Shown one piece after another: positions 9,366 to 19,214 of a stretch of DNA of 64,000 nucleotides. Numbering within the stretch: position 1 is the first letter of the stretch; each line of letters starts with the position of its first letter. The position numbers and the translations under genes are program-made. Below the pieces are notes generated by a model. It was not told the origin of the DNA, did no database searches, and saw only the letters and a program-made list of their open reading frames with translations. Origin of the DNA: a virus. The stretch lies in IMG/VR virus record IMGVR_UViG_3300035698_011327, positions 1-64,000 of that record. One strand, written 5' to 3'.

Positions 9366-9713
9366 ATGATGGGTGGACAACAGGGATTTGCTGTCGTTGA
9401 ATATGGTGGTGGCGAAGTACTAGATGACGGTGACTACGATAATGTATTCATACACACGGAAAGAAGTGCCGTCACGATTGCGATGAAGGCATGCATCGAA
9501 AGAATGACGGCCATGTGTAGGAAAGGGTGGGTTGACAACGATGTGATCGACAGCTACTGTGTCGTAGTTATGGATGCCTACTCCGTCGAAAACGATAGCC
9601 TAAATTGTGTTGGTGAATTAGAACAACTTTCACTCATAATACACAACGGGAAATTCTACTTTGAAGATCACATCGTAGAGTTGCTAAGCACGAGAAAAGA
9701 CTTAATGGGATAG
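9366..9713 (+). CDS. hypothetical protein
   Basis: AAGGAGG RBS, acidic 115 aa. Confidence 0.7.
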   Translation: MMGGQQGFAVVEYGGGEVLDDGDYDNVFIHTERSAVTIAMKACIERMTAMCRKGWVDNDVIDSYCVVVMDAYSVENDSLNCVGELEQLSLIIHNGKFYFEDHIVELLSTRKDLMG

Positions 9714-9720
9714 AAAGGAG

Positions 9721-10086
9721 GTGTATATGGCAGATGATAGTAAAATGATACGGTATCTTGAGGTGTCTACTTCTGCTCTTATTGCTATGGGTGATTTAGC
9801 CGGGAAGTGTGGAGAAGAAGGCCACAAGAAAATGTGGCTGAGGCTCTATGCTTCTATAGGAGAGAAAGATGTAGCTGATAGTATAGCCGATGTTATCTCG
9901 ATGTACTTCAAAAGACTTGATGACTTTGATATCGGTGGAGTAATAGCAGGAAGAATAAGTGAAATTGAAAAAGGTCTTGCGGAAGGCAATGTGACTATGC
10001 TCATTGAGACAGGTGGCAAATCAAAGCCAAGCATAGGCAATGCTGTAAGTAGAGCACTACAAGCAACAGGCGATGAAGATGAATAA
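9721..10086 (+). CDS. hypothetical protein
   Basis: AAGGAGG RBS. Confidence 0.7.
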   Translation: MYMADDSKMIRYLEVSTSALIAMGDLAGKCGEEGHKKMWLRLYASIGEKDVADSIADVISMYFKRLDDFDIGGVIAGRISEIEKGLAEGNVTMLIETGGKSKPSIGNAVSRALQATGDEDE

Positions 10087-10164
10087 CTTTGGCTTATTTG
10101 TTGTCTGGGTATTAGCCTACGTTAATATCCAGATCAAATCAACCAAGGAGAGGAGGTGATTTAA

Positions 10165-10509
10165 TTGAAAGAAGAAATAAGTGTTGAGCTGTTAGAGAAC
10201 ATCCTTCCGCACGGATCAGGGATAGACTCTGATTGGGAGTTCATCGAACACAAAAACGGCAACGTAACGTGTATGAATTCATTTCACGCTATGACGGAGC
10301 ACGGATTCTATGACGGATATATGCCGTTCAAGTTCAATGTCTTCAGGCGAACGGATGGTGCACTGAGCTTTGGCAAAGTAATCTGTAACGAGAATGTCAG
10401 GGTATCTTTCTTCGGATTAAGAGACTATCTGGACGAGACAATTTTCTGGCATCTAAGCAAGCTTGTATGGAAGGGAGGTGAGAAGGCATGTTCTATTTCT
10501 GGTTCATAG
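10165..10509 (+). CDS. hypothetical phage protein (LPHGSGID motif)
   Basis: strong RBS with TTG start. Confidence 0.7.
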   Translation: MKEEISVELLENILPHGSGIDSDWEFIEHKNGNVTCMNSFHAMTEHGFYDGYMPFKFNVFRRTDGALSFGKVICNENVRVSFFGLRDYLDETIFWHLSKLVWKGGEKACSISGS

Positions 10510-10653
10510 ACAATACGATAGAAAGTAACATGCGGTATAGCTCATACCACCAAGTTATCTTTGATAAGTGCCGAGACAAAGTAGGTACCAAAGAATACTC
10601 TGTGCTTACAAGATGGGTTGGTAACAATAGAATGTAAAGGAGGTGAAGCTAAG

Positions 10654-10857
10654 ATGGGTGGAGATAAATTCTTTACAAGGAATAACTGTCAGAGATGTCA
10701 CTTAAACCTTGATAAAGGTAGGATTATGAGCTGGTTCACAGCAGAAACTATCTGTATGGACTGCTCAGCCGAAGAAGACAGGATCAAGCGTGACCTTAAA
10801 CGGCTAGGCAAAAACCCTAGCACCTATGAGGGATGCGGGTTTGTGCCGTGTAACTAA
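10654..10857 (+). CDS. small zinc-binding protein
   Basis: CQRC and CMDC; RBS favours ATG at 10654. Confidence 0.7.
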   Translation: MGGDKFFTRNNCQRCHLNLDKGRIMSWFTAETICMDCSAEEDRIKRDLKRLGKNPSTYEGCGFVPCN

Positions 10858-10871
10858 AAGGAGGTGGTAAG

Positions 10872-11123
10872 ATGGAGAGAGAACAGCTGAGATCTATTCT
10901 TGATAGGCACATCAAGAAGGTACAAGAACTTGTCGATTCAATCGTTGAGCACGGCGGTGTGCCGATAGACAGCAATGAGCGAAGGCTAATAAGAGAAGTT
11001 GTTAGCTGTAGCTGGCTGCCGGAAATGATGGATAAAGCGAAGATGTTCCTTGCTATGGGTAGCATTAAAGATGCTGATGAGGCATTTAAAAATATCATCC
11101 GCACGTTCGAAGATTTAACCTAA
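10872..11123 (+). CDS. hypothetical protein
   Basis: AAGGAGGTG RBS. Confidence 0.7.
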   Translation: MEREQLRSILDRHIKKVQELVDSIVEHGGVPIDSNERRLIREVVSCSWLPEMMDKAKMFLAMGSIKDADEAFKNIIRTFEDLT

Positions 11124-11174
11124 CGGGGCATACTGCCCAACATTGACTCATTCAACCGTAAGAGGAGAATACTG

Positions 11175-11510
11175 ATGGCAACACAGAAAGAGAAAGACGC
11201 TTTGGAAAAAGCACAGGCTAAGGCGAAAGACAAAGTTGGCGGCACGACTGCCAAGACCATCGACACGATCAAGTTCAAGAGTGGTTCCGGTTCCGGTATC
11301 GTGTTCAAGACCCTGGAGAAGGCCAAGGAACCCTTGACTATGAAGGAGATTGAGGATCGTGCCGTAAAGGCTGGTCTCAAGAATCCGGCAAGAGCCAAGG
11401 CTGTAACTAACTGGTTCGTAAACAATAATATCGCAATCAAGGATGCGAAGGGTTGCGTAGCCCTGGTAGAGAAGGGCGCTGTAGTTGAAGCACCTGCTGA
11501 AGCTAGCTAG
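11175..11510 (+). CDS. small basic, probable winged-helix DNA-binding protein
   Basis: Lys/Ala-rich; PLTMKEIEDRAVKAG helix pattern; resembles the C-terminus of 22858-23709. Confidence 0.5.
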   Translation: MATQKEKDALEKAQAKAKDKVGGTTAKTIDTIKFKSGSGSGIVFKTLEKAKEPLTMKEIEDRAVKAGLKNPARAKAVTNWFVNNNIAIKDAKGCVALVEKGAVVEAPAEAS

Positions 11511-11593
11511 CGTGCGTTGAGGTTATAGGCACGAGCAAGTATCGTTCGTGCCTATACCTGTACACACACTAACCTAGGAAAGGAGGTGATTGC

Positions 11594-11923
11594 TTGAAAA
11601 TGAAGTTCAAAGACCACGATCTTCTTGAACTCAGAAAGAGTAAGTACGATGACGGGCATATAGCAATTGCTGCTGTATATGACTCAGACAAGTCAGGTTT
11701 TGAAATACTGACAGTCGAGGCTCCTGACTTCAACTTTCCTTTTGATGAGGTTGCTATTAAGACGTGGGGCAGAGCGAAAGAAATGCTTGAAACGCTCTTT
11801 GATACAGGGTTGTTTGAAGACACTGGTAAGAGAGCAAGATCGTCGGAGAAAGGAGTTGTGACAGAGCTTTGGTCCATTACCAAAAGGAATCTGGCTAAAC
11901 TCCCAGACATACCGAACAAGTAA
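11594..11923 (+). CDS. hypothetical protein
   Basis: strong RBS, 109 aa. Confidence 0.7.
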   Translation: MKMKFKDHDLLELRKSKYDDGHIAIAAVYDSDKSGFEILTVEAPDFNFPFDEVAIKTWGRAKEMLETLFDTGLFEDTGKRARSSEKGVVTELWSITKRNLAKLPDIPNK

Positions 11924-11947
11924 CAACTAACCTTGAAAGGAGGAAAG

Positions 11948-13375
11948 GTGAGAAAAGAAATAAAAGCAGAAGCAATCCCAGGCTATCTCGCAGCTGGCTA
12001 CTCTGGCTTTATTATCAAAACAGCAGAGCCGGCAAGAGCAGCGAAGATGCTGAGCGACGCACTTGACGGTGCGAAGCGCAAGGATGGCGAGACCTATTCT
12101 GTAATGGAATGGAACGTCCTTAAAGGCAAGAAGTCATCGCCAATGGATGCGCTTGAAGACTTGACGAGTGAGGCTGGTGACTTTACGTGCGCCATCCTAC
12201 ACAACTTCCACTGGTTCATAGATACTCCTCCTGTTATCCAGAAGATCCAGAACGAAATGGATATCTGGAGGAACCAAGGGAAGGCTTTGATAATCCTGTC
12301 TCCTGAGGCACACCTGCCAATTGAGATCCGTAAGGATTTTATGTCACTTGAGCTTCCGTTGCCTGATGAAGGCGAGATCAGAACTTCTATGAAACATATC
12401 TCTGATTCAGCACGCAAGCCTGATCTTATGAAGGGCGACCTTGAGCCTGTTGTACAAGCAGCAAAGGGCCTTACCCAAACTGAGATTGAAAACGTGCTCG
12501 CCTTGTCGTTTACCTCTAAAGGGTGCTTCGATGTAAAAACAATCAACGAACAGAAGATCCAAACAATTGAAAAGTCTGGGTTGATTGAAGTCCTCAGGAC
12601 TGATAGAAATTACAGCGACATCCTTGGCTACGAGAAAGGCAAGCGCATCGTCTCTAAGATGATCAAGAAACGAACATCTAAAGGCGTGCTATTCGCTGGC
12701 CCTCCCGGTTGTGGCAAGACTCTGTTTATGGAGTGTACCGTTGGTGAGTTTGACAAGATTGGCCTACTTATTAACTTTGGAAGGTTGTATTCAAAGTTCC
12801 AAGGTGAAGGGTCGAACAATGTTGAAGAGATTATCGACGTTATTGAGGCCGTTGGCGATTGCGTTGTCATTATGGATGAGTTTGAAAAGCAGTTCGCAGG
12901 TGCCGGTTCTTCTGGCGATACCGATTCTGGTACAGCCCGAAGGATGACCGGACGGTGGCTCCAGTTTATGCAGGAGAAACCCGAAGGTGTCTATATGATG
13001 GGTACTTGTAACTCATTCAAGGGAATCCCTGATGAATACCTCAGGGTAGGTCGTTGGGATTCAAGCCCCTTCTTCATTGATATGCCTAATGAGTTGGAAA
13101 AACTTGCTATCCTTGACTACTATGTCAACAAACTAAAGCTTGACGTTAGCATTAAAAAAGCTGATCTCCCTAAGATGGAAAAGTGGACTGGTGCTGAAAT
13201 AGAGGGTATGTGCGGTATGTCTATGAACATGGACTGTAGCCTCAAAGAAGCAGCCAATTACATTGTTCCTCAAAACAAAAGGGGATTCGCTGAAGCCGAT
13301 GCTCTCAGAGAGTTCTGTATCGACGCTTCGGATGTCGTTGTCAAAGACGGCAAACGCAGACTCGACGTTGCCTAA
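11948..13375 (+). CDS. Ycf46-like AAA+ ATPase
   Basis: Walker A GPPGCGKT, Walker B VIMDEFEK, SRH-like PDEYLRVGRWD, degenerate N-terminal AAA domain; ends KRRLDVA. Confidence 0.85.
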   Translation: MRKEIKAEAIPGYLAAGYSGFIIKTAEPARAAKMLSDALDGAKRKDGETYSVMEWNVLKGKKSSPMDALEDLTSEAGDFTCAILHNFHWFIDTPPVIQKIQNEMDIWRNQGKALIILSPEAHLPIEIRKDFMSLELPLPDEGEIRTSMKHISDSARKPDLMKGDLEPVVQAAKGLTQTEIENVLALSFTSKGCFDVKTINEQKIQTIEKSGLIEVLRTDRNYSDILGYEKGKRIVSKMIKKRTSKGVLFAGPPGCGKTLFMECTVGEFDKIGLLINFGRLYSKFQGEGSNNVEEIIDVIEAVGDCVVIMDEFEKQFAGAGSSGDTDSGTARRMTGRWLQFMQEKPEGVYMMGTCNSFKGIPDEYLRVGRWDSSPFFIDMPNELEKLAILDYYVNKLKLDVSIKKADLPKMEKWTGAEIEGMCGMSMNMDCSLKEAANYIVPQNKRGFAEADALREFCIDASDVVVKDGKRRLDVA

Positions 13376-13384
13376 GGAGGGCAA

Positions 13385-13780
13385 ATGAACACTATAACAA
13401 AGTTTTACGATATTGGCGACACGGGTGTATCAGTGGCCCGTGTCGAAGGCCAAGGAGGGTCACACCTTGTTGGTATCATCGACGCTAGCTACCAAGACTT
13501 GGTTAAAGCATTTGGTGAGCATATGAGCGAAGGCGATGCTTACAAAGTAAGCGCTGAATGGGATCTTGATCTTATGTACGGCGGTGCGGCAATATCCGTC
13601 ACGATCTATGACTATAAGACAGGTAGAAATTACCTTGGTGCTGAAGGCGTTGACTACGAAATTAACCGTAAATGGCATATCGGTGCGGCCGGCAACGACC
13701 GCAAACATGCTATTGACTTTATTGAGATGGCGTTTGGTTACAAAATCAGCGTCGTCCAAAGACACGACAGAGGGAGGTGA
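13385..13780 (+). CDS. hypothetical phage protein
   Basis: strong RBS; TIYDYK...WHIG motif. Confidence 0.7.
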   Translation: MNTITKFYDIGDTGVSVARVEGQGGSHLVGIIDASYQDLVKAFGEHMSEGDAYKVSAEWDLDLMYGGAAISVTIYDYKTGRNYLGAEGVDYEINRKWHIGAAGNDRKHAIDFIEMAFGYKISVVQRHDRGR

Positions 13781-13784
13781 ATAG

Positions 13785-14039
13785 ATGCTGAGAGTATCGG
13801 TACCAAACCAGAGGTCTGCTACTTTCACCTATAAGTGCCCTTGTGATTCTATCGTTGAAGAAGGGGATGTGTTACATGTCTGCTCTATCTGTGGCGACTG
13901 GCTTTGTAAAGGGTGCTTCGATTACGACTCTAAAGGAGAGCCTGGAATCTATATTTGTGAAGAATGTGTCAGCATTAGCAAAATAGTAAGGCCAGAAAAA
14001 TTACACAACCGTTCAGAGACAATACAAGGAGGTGAATAA
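13785..14039 (+). CDS. zinc-finger protein
   Basis: multiple CxxC motifs. Confidence 0.65.
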   Translation: MLRVSVPNQRSATFTYKCPCDSIVEEGDVLHVCSICGDWLCKGCFDYDSKGEPGIYICEECVSISKIVRPEKLHNRSETIQGGE

Positions 14040-14240
14040 ATGTCAAGAGTTGAAATCATTTTAGGTGACGATGGGTCAATCAAGTCAGAAGCCTTTGACT
14101 TTAAAGGTGCTACTTGTGAGGCTGCTACACAATTCCTTGATGAGCTATTCGGTGACGCCGACGAAGTGGAACATAAAACGGAGTATTATCTCCGCAATAA
14201 GAACACAGACTTTATCTGCGATAGCGATTGGTGCGGATAA
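14040..14240 (+). CDS. DUF2997-like protein
   Basis: I..DG.I..E...FKG..C..AT.....L.G......K.EYY pattern. Confidence 0.7.
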   Translation: MSRVEIILGDDGSIKSEAFDFKGATCEAATQFLDELFGDADEVEHKTEYYLRNKNTDFICDSDWCG

Positions 14241-14312
14241 TATAGCTTTACTTTCTCTCAGATCCATAGTATAGTTTGCTTGTCTGTAAAGCAAGTAAAC
14301 TATACTAAACAG

Positions 14313-14386
14313 AAAGCCCTGAGAGTCTTGTAGCGGTAACGCTATGAGGCGGTACTTGCTACCGCAGACAACTCTCAGGGTTTTTT
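14313..14386 (+). ncRNA. structured three-way-junction leader RNA upstream of HNH gene (copy A)
   Basis: P1/P2/P3 stems covary with copy B at 25117-25190; promoter TTTACT-N17-TATAGT at 14247-14275. Confidence 0.65.
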
Positions 14387-14400
14387 ATTTAGGGAGTGCT

Positions 14401-14880
14401 ATGATGAAGAGGAAACCTAGAAAATATTGTGAATGTGGGTGCGGCGAAATAGTGAACCAAGGTATGAGATACCTATTTGGACACAACAGGATAGGAAAAT
14501 CAAATGCTGGAAATAAACACCCAATGTGGGGGAAGAAACACAAGCCAGAATCGAAAAGACAAATGTCTATATCGAGATCTGGGGCTAACAACCCTAATTG
14601 GAAAGGTGGAAAAACTTGGGAAACATACTGCCCAATATGGTTTACACCTGAATTCAAAGAGATGGTGAAAGAAAGGGATGGGCATAAATGTATGAACCCT
14701 TTGTGTAAAGGTCCTAGCAAAAGACTCGCAATACACCATATAGACTATGATAAGAAAAATTGTAGCCCGTTGAATCTAATATCAATCTGTAATTCTTGTA
14801 ATGCTAGAGCAAATTTCAACAGATCATTTTGGCAAGAACACTATAAAAACATAATAAGGGAGGTGGTAATGAATGAGTAA
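14401..14880 (+). CDS. HNH homing endonuclease with NUMOD3-like repeats
   Basis: CECGCG, HPMWGKKH..ESK..MS, NPNWKGG, HHIDYDKKNC...NLISICNSCN; RBS favours 14401. Confidence 0.85.
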   Translation: MMKRKPRKYCECGCGEIVNQGMRYLFGHNRIGKSNAGNKHPMWGKKHKPESKRQMSISRSGANNPNWKGGKTWETYCPIWFTPEFKEMVKERDGHKCMNPLCKGPSKRLAIHHIDYDKKNCSPLNLISICNSCNARANFNRSFWQEHYKNIIREVVMNE

Positions 14881-15094
14881 AAAGCTGCCAAAACTCTTTA
14901 AAGAGTATGGCGAAATGCACTCTGAGGGGATAATCTCAATCGAGAATGTCCCCGCCAGAGTATCCGTTGGAGACTTAGGCATACAAATTGCTAAGGATGG
15001 TCGAGTATGGATATGTATAGATGGAGTGGCCTTCTTAAGATTTATGCCTAAGTCAAAATACAAAAAGTATAATGAACAGGAGGTGGTAAAATGA
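14873..15094 (+). CDS. hypothetical protein
   Basis: overlapping start with strong RBS. Confidence 0.7.
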   Translation: MSKKLPKLFKEYGEMHSEGIISIENVPARVSVGDLGIQIAKDGRVWICIDGVAFLRFMPKSKYKKYNEQEVVK

Positions 15095-15972
15095 CAGAGC
15101 AGAAGACAGATAACCTTTACAGTGGTGGATGTTTAATCATCATCACCACTCGCTTCTGGGGAGCTACGAAAAAGATTGATCAAGACCAGCTCGGTGATCT
15201 TCCGAAGGAAATCGTCAGAGCTTCAAGAGACTTGCTATTAAGGACAGACAAGATCGAAGCGGTCAGAGGTATCCTTGGCGAGGCAAAGAGATTTGTCAAG
15301 TCGAACACCATGGACTTCCCGATACCGTCTGTTGATTTTATCAGCAAGAATCGGATAAGCTTTGTTGATGAAGGACTCCAAAGCAGGAAGGAATGGGCAG
15401 AAGGTGCGCTTGAAGATGTAATCGATGCGCTTGAACAGTTGAAAGCAGAGTATCAGGCCAAGTACCCCGATATGTACTCTGAAGCCAACTACCCTACTCC
15501 AATCCAGTTGAGGGATAACTTCACGTTCGAATGGAAGTTCCGAACGATCAGTCCTCCAGGTAAGGAGCTGGGTATCTTGACCCCTGAGATTTACGATAGG
15601 GCAAGGGCATCTTTTGATCATGATATGAAAGAATTTCAAGACGGATTAATTTCTGCCGTTGCGAAAGACTTTTATGACCGGATTGATAAGCTCAAGGCTC
15701 AATGCTTTGGGGGCGATATCTCTGCCTCAACAGTAAAGTCTATCAATAAAGTCCTTGAAAAATTCGATACCGTCTATGACGGGTGTATTGCTCACGAAGG
15801 ACTCAAGGAAATGATCGATGACGTCAAGCTCTACATGGGAGGAACGGACGCAAATATGCTTAAAGCAGACGATGGCTTAAGGTCTATGGTTGGCAAGAAG
15901 ATGAAGGAAGTCACTTCCTTGATCGTCAACTCAAAAGACAAAAGGCTTACACGTAGGCTTGATATAGCATAG
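15091..15972 (+). CDS. helical phage protein (DUF3150-like) with RRxD tag
   Basis: 293-aa helical ORF with YP....L...F.F.W pattern; ends KRLTRRLDIA. Confidence 0.5.
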   Translation: MTEQKTDNLYSGGCLIIITTRFWGATKKIDQDQLGDLPKEIVRASRDLLLRTDKIEAVRGILGEAKRFVKSNTMDFPIPSVDFISKNRISFVDEGLQSRKEWAEGALEDVIDALEQLKAEYQAKYPDMYSEANYPTPIQLRDNFTFEWKFRTISPPGKELGILTPEIYDRARASFDHDMKEFQDGLISAVAKDFYDRIDKLKAQCFGGDISASTVKSINKVLEKFDTVYDGCIAHEGLKEMIDDVKLYMGGTDANMLKADDGLRSMVGKKMKEVTSLIVNSKDKRLTRRLDIA

Positions 15973-15989
15973 TTCGTTGTAGCAAGTTA

Positions 15990-16023
15990 AAGGGCCTCAC
16001 CCCTACGGGGTGAGACCTTTTTG
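15990..16023 (+). terminator. intrinsic terminator
   Basis: CTCACCCC-TAC-GGGGTGAG stem followed by CCTTTTT. Confidence 0.7.
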
Positions 16024-16052
16024 AAAGTTACAACTAACCAAGAGGAGGTCAA

Positions 16053-16799
16053 ATGAGGATCTATTCAAAGTTCCACGACTACTATGATATTGCTCTTACG
16101 CATGGCATTGACCCTAATGCCGTGTATAAGCGTAACGTATCAGAGTTTAGTTGCAATGCAACTGAATACGAGAGGATGTTAGAGGTGCCGGAAATTAAGA
16201 CTGCTATAAGCAGAATGCCTTCCCGACCTTGGAATCAGAATGGAGTGTGCATAGACATAGGGTATATCATTATATTTTGCGGTAAATTATACCCTTGTGC
16301 CAGATATACATTCACCCCAGAGCAGGGCTATAGAAAAAATAAATTCAAATTCTGTTTCAAAGAAGAAGATGTCTCTGCTTTTATATCTAAGTATGGAACG
16401 AAAGAAGAAAAAAGGCATTACTTTAAAGCAGCAAGACAGGCAGGATATTACAGCCAATGCTTCAGGCGTGCGGGAATAGAATCCGTCAAAAGGCTTTATG
16501 ATGTTCCTAAAGACAGGACGCCTGCTATAGTAGATTGGCAGTGTGAGATAGGAGTACCTATCTCTGTCGTCTCTTCTGAAAGAGAATACAAGCTCATCTA
16601 CAATCCTGTGCTTAAAGACCTTAGATTCTACAAGGTGCTTGATCCTTACACGGCATTCCAAGAATTATCTATGTTTATTAGTGGAGTAATGGGAGGTAGT
16701 GCTCCTCCTATGATACAAATAAGCGATGAAATTAGACTTGAAAAGCACGGGTTTGATAAAAAGACTAGCTTCAGAAAAGACCCTACAAAAAGGAGGTGA
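16053..16799 (+). CDS. hypothetical phage protein
   Basis: 248 aa, MRIYSKFHDYYD...HGFDKKTSFRK, strong RBS. Confidence 0.75.
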   Translation: MRIYSKFHDYYDIALTHGIDPNAVYKRNVSEFSCNATEYERMLEVPEIKTAISRMPSRPWNQNGVCIDIGYIIIFCGKLYPCARYTFTPEQGYRKNKFKFCFKEEDVSAFISKYGTKEEKRHYFKAARQAGYYSQCFRRAGIESVKRLYDVPKDRTPAIVDWQCEIGVPISVVSSEREYKLIYNPVLKDLRFYKVLDPYTAFQELSMFISGVMGGSAPPMIQISDEIRLEKHGFDKKTSFRKDPTKRR

Positions 16800-17011
16800 T
16801 TTGACTGTATATTCACGAAGCCGTAGAAAAGGCTTGCCTTGAACCGACTTTGCTTGATGCGTTAACCTGGATATGCATATGGGAATCAGAGCGTGTCGTG
16901 AAACAGGCAAGAGAACATCCAGAATGGGAAACTTGTTTCAGAATATGTATAAAACAAGTCCTAGAGAGCTATGATCTTGATCTAACAAGAATATAAAGGA
17001 GGTGGTTGTAG

Positions 17012-17260
17012 ATGGAGGATGATTTATTTACCACGTTAAGGAGAAGATTGGTAGCAAGAATAAACGAATCTTCTATGGAAAGAGAAGCCCTTGAAAGGCG
17101 CTATGGTAAGGTGTACGATACCAAAGAACTCCAAGAGCATTTCACAGTAAGATCATTTGCTGCTCCGTTTTGTATGGTAACAGAAATGGCGACTGGTAAG
17201 GATGGAGCGTTAATGTTCCAACACATGCCACGATTCTACTTTGATTTCACGGAGGTATAA
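17012..17260 (+). CDS. hypothetical protein
   Basis: strong RBS. Confidence 0.7.
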   Translation: MEDDLFTTLRRRLVARINESSMEREALERRYGKVYDTKELQEHFTVRSFAAPFCMVTEMATGKDGALMFQHMPRFYFDFTEV

Positions 17261-17508
17261 TGATACAGCCACTAAGCGAGAAACAACTTGAGGCTTTACC
17301 TCAAGAGATGGACAGGGAAAGGAAGCCATTCAGGGTAATGTCCGATGGTATGGCTACGAACATTTGTACCGGCCACCAATATAGCAAGGGGTCTAACATT
17401 ATGTACCATCCCTTGTACTGGGATAGGCCAAGGGCATTCCTTGACGCTGTTCTTTGCGACCTTAAAAAGAACAACCCGAATGTAATCTTCAAAGTATCTT
17501 ACCATTAA
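17260..17508 (+). CDS. hypothetical protein
   Basis: TAATG coupling. Confidence 0.7.
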   Translation: MIQPLSEKQLEALPQEMDRERKPFRVMSDGMATNICTGHQYSKGSNIMYHPLYWDRPRAFLDAVLCDLKKNNPNVIFKVSYH

Positions 17509-17517
17509 GGAGGAAAA

Positions 17518-17949
17518 ATGATAGAACAAAGCAAGATCGATGAGAAGGCATCCGAAATCCACAATTGGTTACAGGATGCCGTTGGTGATTACGCCGGCAA
17601 TATCTTCGGATTCAATATGAATCAGAATCCCAAGCCTGATTTCTATGGCGACCCAAAAGCCGAAGCATGGTTCAAGGAAATGAAGAGAAACGCTGCTCAT
17701 TGGAGTGGCCCTTGTGATTATTGCGGGGCATACGCCGACTACCTTTACGATGACGTTGGAACGTTGTGTGACCTAGCTGGCGACAGAATCTGTGACGCCT
17801 GTTCCGAACTAGGTGTAAGCTATAGCAAGCTTGATCTCTACAAGGAAACATTCAACCGCATAGCCCAAGCCATTGCCGATAGAGGGCATAATGGTTTGAA
17901 AGAAGCGTGCGAGAAGATGATGTACCCAAGAGGAGGGCAAGATGGCTGA
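17518..17949 (+). CDS. hypothetical protein
   Basis: AAGGAGG RBS, CxxC motifs. Confidence 0.7.
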   Translation: MIEQSKIDEKASEIHNWLQDAVGDYAGNIFGFNMNQNPKPDFYGDPKAEAWFKEMKRNAAHWSGPCDYCGAYADYLYDDVGTLCDLAGDRICDACSELGVSYSKLDLYKETFNRIAQAIADRGHNGLKEACEKMMYPRGGQDG

Positions 17950-18202
17950 AAAAGAATATGCTATTTGCTCTTGCGGCCTTATGATGAGGCCTTATGGGGC
18001 GTGCCTTACAGAGGAAGTCACCCTTACGGACGGCAAGGAATACAGCCGTATCCGGTTTGGTAGCGAATCAAACCAATGGGTGACGGACGACACCGAATAC
18101 TGTCACGACTGTAACGTTGCGGTTGGTACGTTCCACCACCAAGGGTGTGACGTAGAAGAATGTCCAAAATGCGGAGGGCAATTGCTCTCTTGCGGTTGCT
18201 AA
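17942..18202 (+). CDS. Cys/His-rich zinc-binding protein
   Basis: CHDC...[22 protein letters not shown]. Confidence 0.7.
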   Translation: MAEKEYAICSCGLMMRPYGACLTEEVTLTDGKEYSRIRFGSESNQWVTDDTEYCHDCNVAVGTFHHQGCDVEECPKCGGQLLSCGC

Positions 18203-18247
18203 TATTAACCTCATGCAACGTAGTTGCATGGATTGAAAGGAGGAAAG

Positions 18248-18610
18248 ATGTCTCACGTAAGTCAATACAAGATCAAAGTTGGCGACCTTGACTGTCTTAA
18301 GAAAGTGCTTGAAGAGAAGGGCATTGAGTACAGAGACGAAGAAGGCACCAAGGCAAAGCAGTATGGATCTAACAGAATCCCTTGTGCGTTGGCGTTCAAA
18401 TTGCCTGGATGGGGTTACGAGTGTGCCGTTCAAGAAGATGGTCAAATATCGTATGACCATTTTGGTAGCCAACCTAACACGAAACACCTGTTAGGCGAAA
18501 CTATCAGAGACTCAAACAAAGAAGCGGTAATGGAAAAAGTTTGGATGCTCGGAAAGAATTGGTGGGAAGAGAAAGTCGATAACGGACTCAAGATAGTCAT
18601 CGAGTTCTAA
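18248..18610 (+). CDS. DUF1257/Ycf35-like protein
   Basis: MSH......I.D...L...L...G pattern; RBS favours 18248. Confidence 0.7.
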   Translation: MSHVSQYKIKVGDLDCLKKVLEEKGIEYRDEEGTKAKQYGSNRIPCALAFKLPGWGYECAVQEDGQISYDHFGSQPNTKHLLGETIRDSNKEAVMEKVWMLGKNWWEEKVDNGLKIVIEF

Positions 18611-18785
18611 AAAAGACTGCCAAGCGTTAAATTCGGGAATGAAAAGTCTTAAGGTATAGGTAGGTATAGGGTAAACTGTCTGCGTCGATTGTACACGTGT
18701 ATACGCTCTTTGTAGAGCGTGAATAGGTCTATTCTATATCCTACTTCTACCGGAAACCAGATAATTAGGCTAAAAGGAGGTGGTT

Positions 18786-19214
18786 ATGACGGAGCCAAAA
18801 AGAGTCAGAGGCATTAAACGCCTAGTTGACAGAGGGTTCAAGCTTAATAGCAAAATCAAAATGCTTAACAATGAGCTTGATGGCATTAAAGCTGATATCA
18901 AAAGGCACGCAAAAGCAACTATCCAAAATAATCTTTCTGGTTATGAGGCTAGGGTTGTTGTATCAGATAAACGCATAAATATTATCAAGCCGATGGATGT
19001 TTGGAAACTTCTCAAAAGGAATATGAGTGATTTTCAAAGAGTCGTTAGTATCAAAGTTGGTTTGTTAAGGGATCTTGTTGGGAGTGAGGCTGTTGATAAG
19101 ATAACAAAATCTTCTTTGGAAGAGTTTTTCTCTGTTAGATTCTATGGCCTTGATGAAAAAGAGGATGATACAGACTCTGGTAGACCAAGTAGAAGGATGG
19201 ATACAGAGGCTTAA
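18786..19214 (+). CDS. coiled-coil hypothetical protein with RRxD tag
   Basis: ends GRPSRRMDTEA. Confidence 0.7.
   Translation: MTEPKRVRGIKRLVDRGFKLNSKIKMLNNELDGIKADIKRHAKATIQNNLSGYEARVVVSDKRINIIKPMDVWKLLKRNMSDFQRVVSIKVGLLRDLVGSEAVDKITKSSLEEFFSVRFYGLDEKEDDTDSGRPSRRMDTEA

Noticed and set aside
14313-14386. Hammerhead ribozyme, or IscB/HEARO-type RNA-guided system
   Set aside because: CUGAnGA and GAAA core motifs are absent; the HNH proteins are short NUMOD3 types with no RuvC or PLMP motifs
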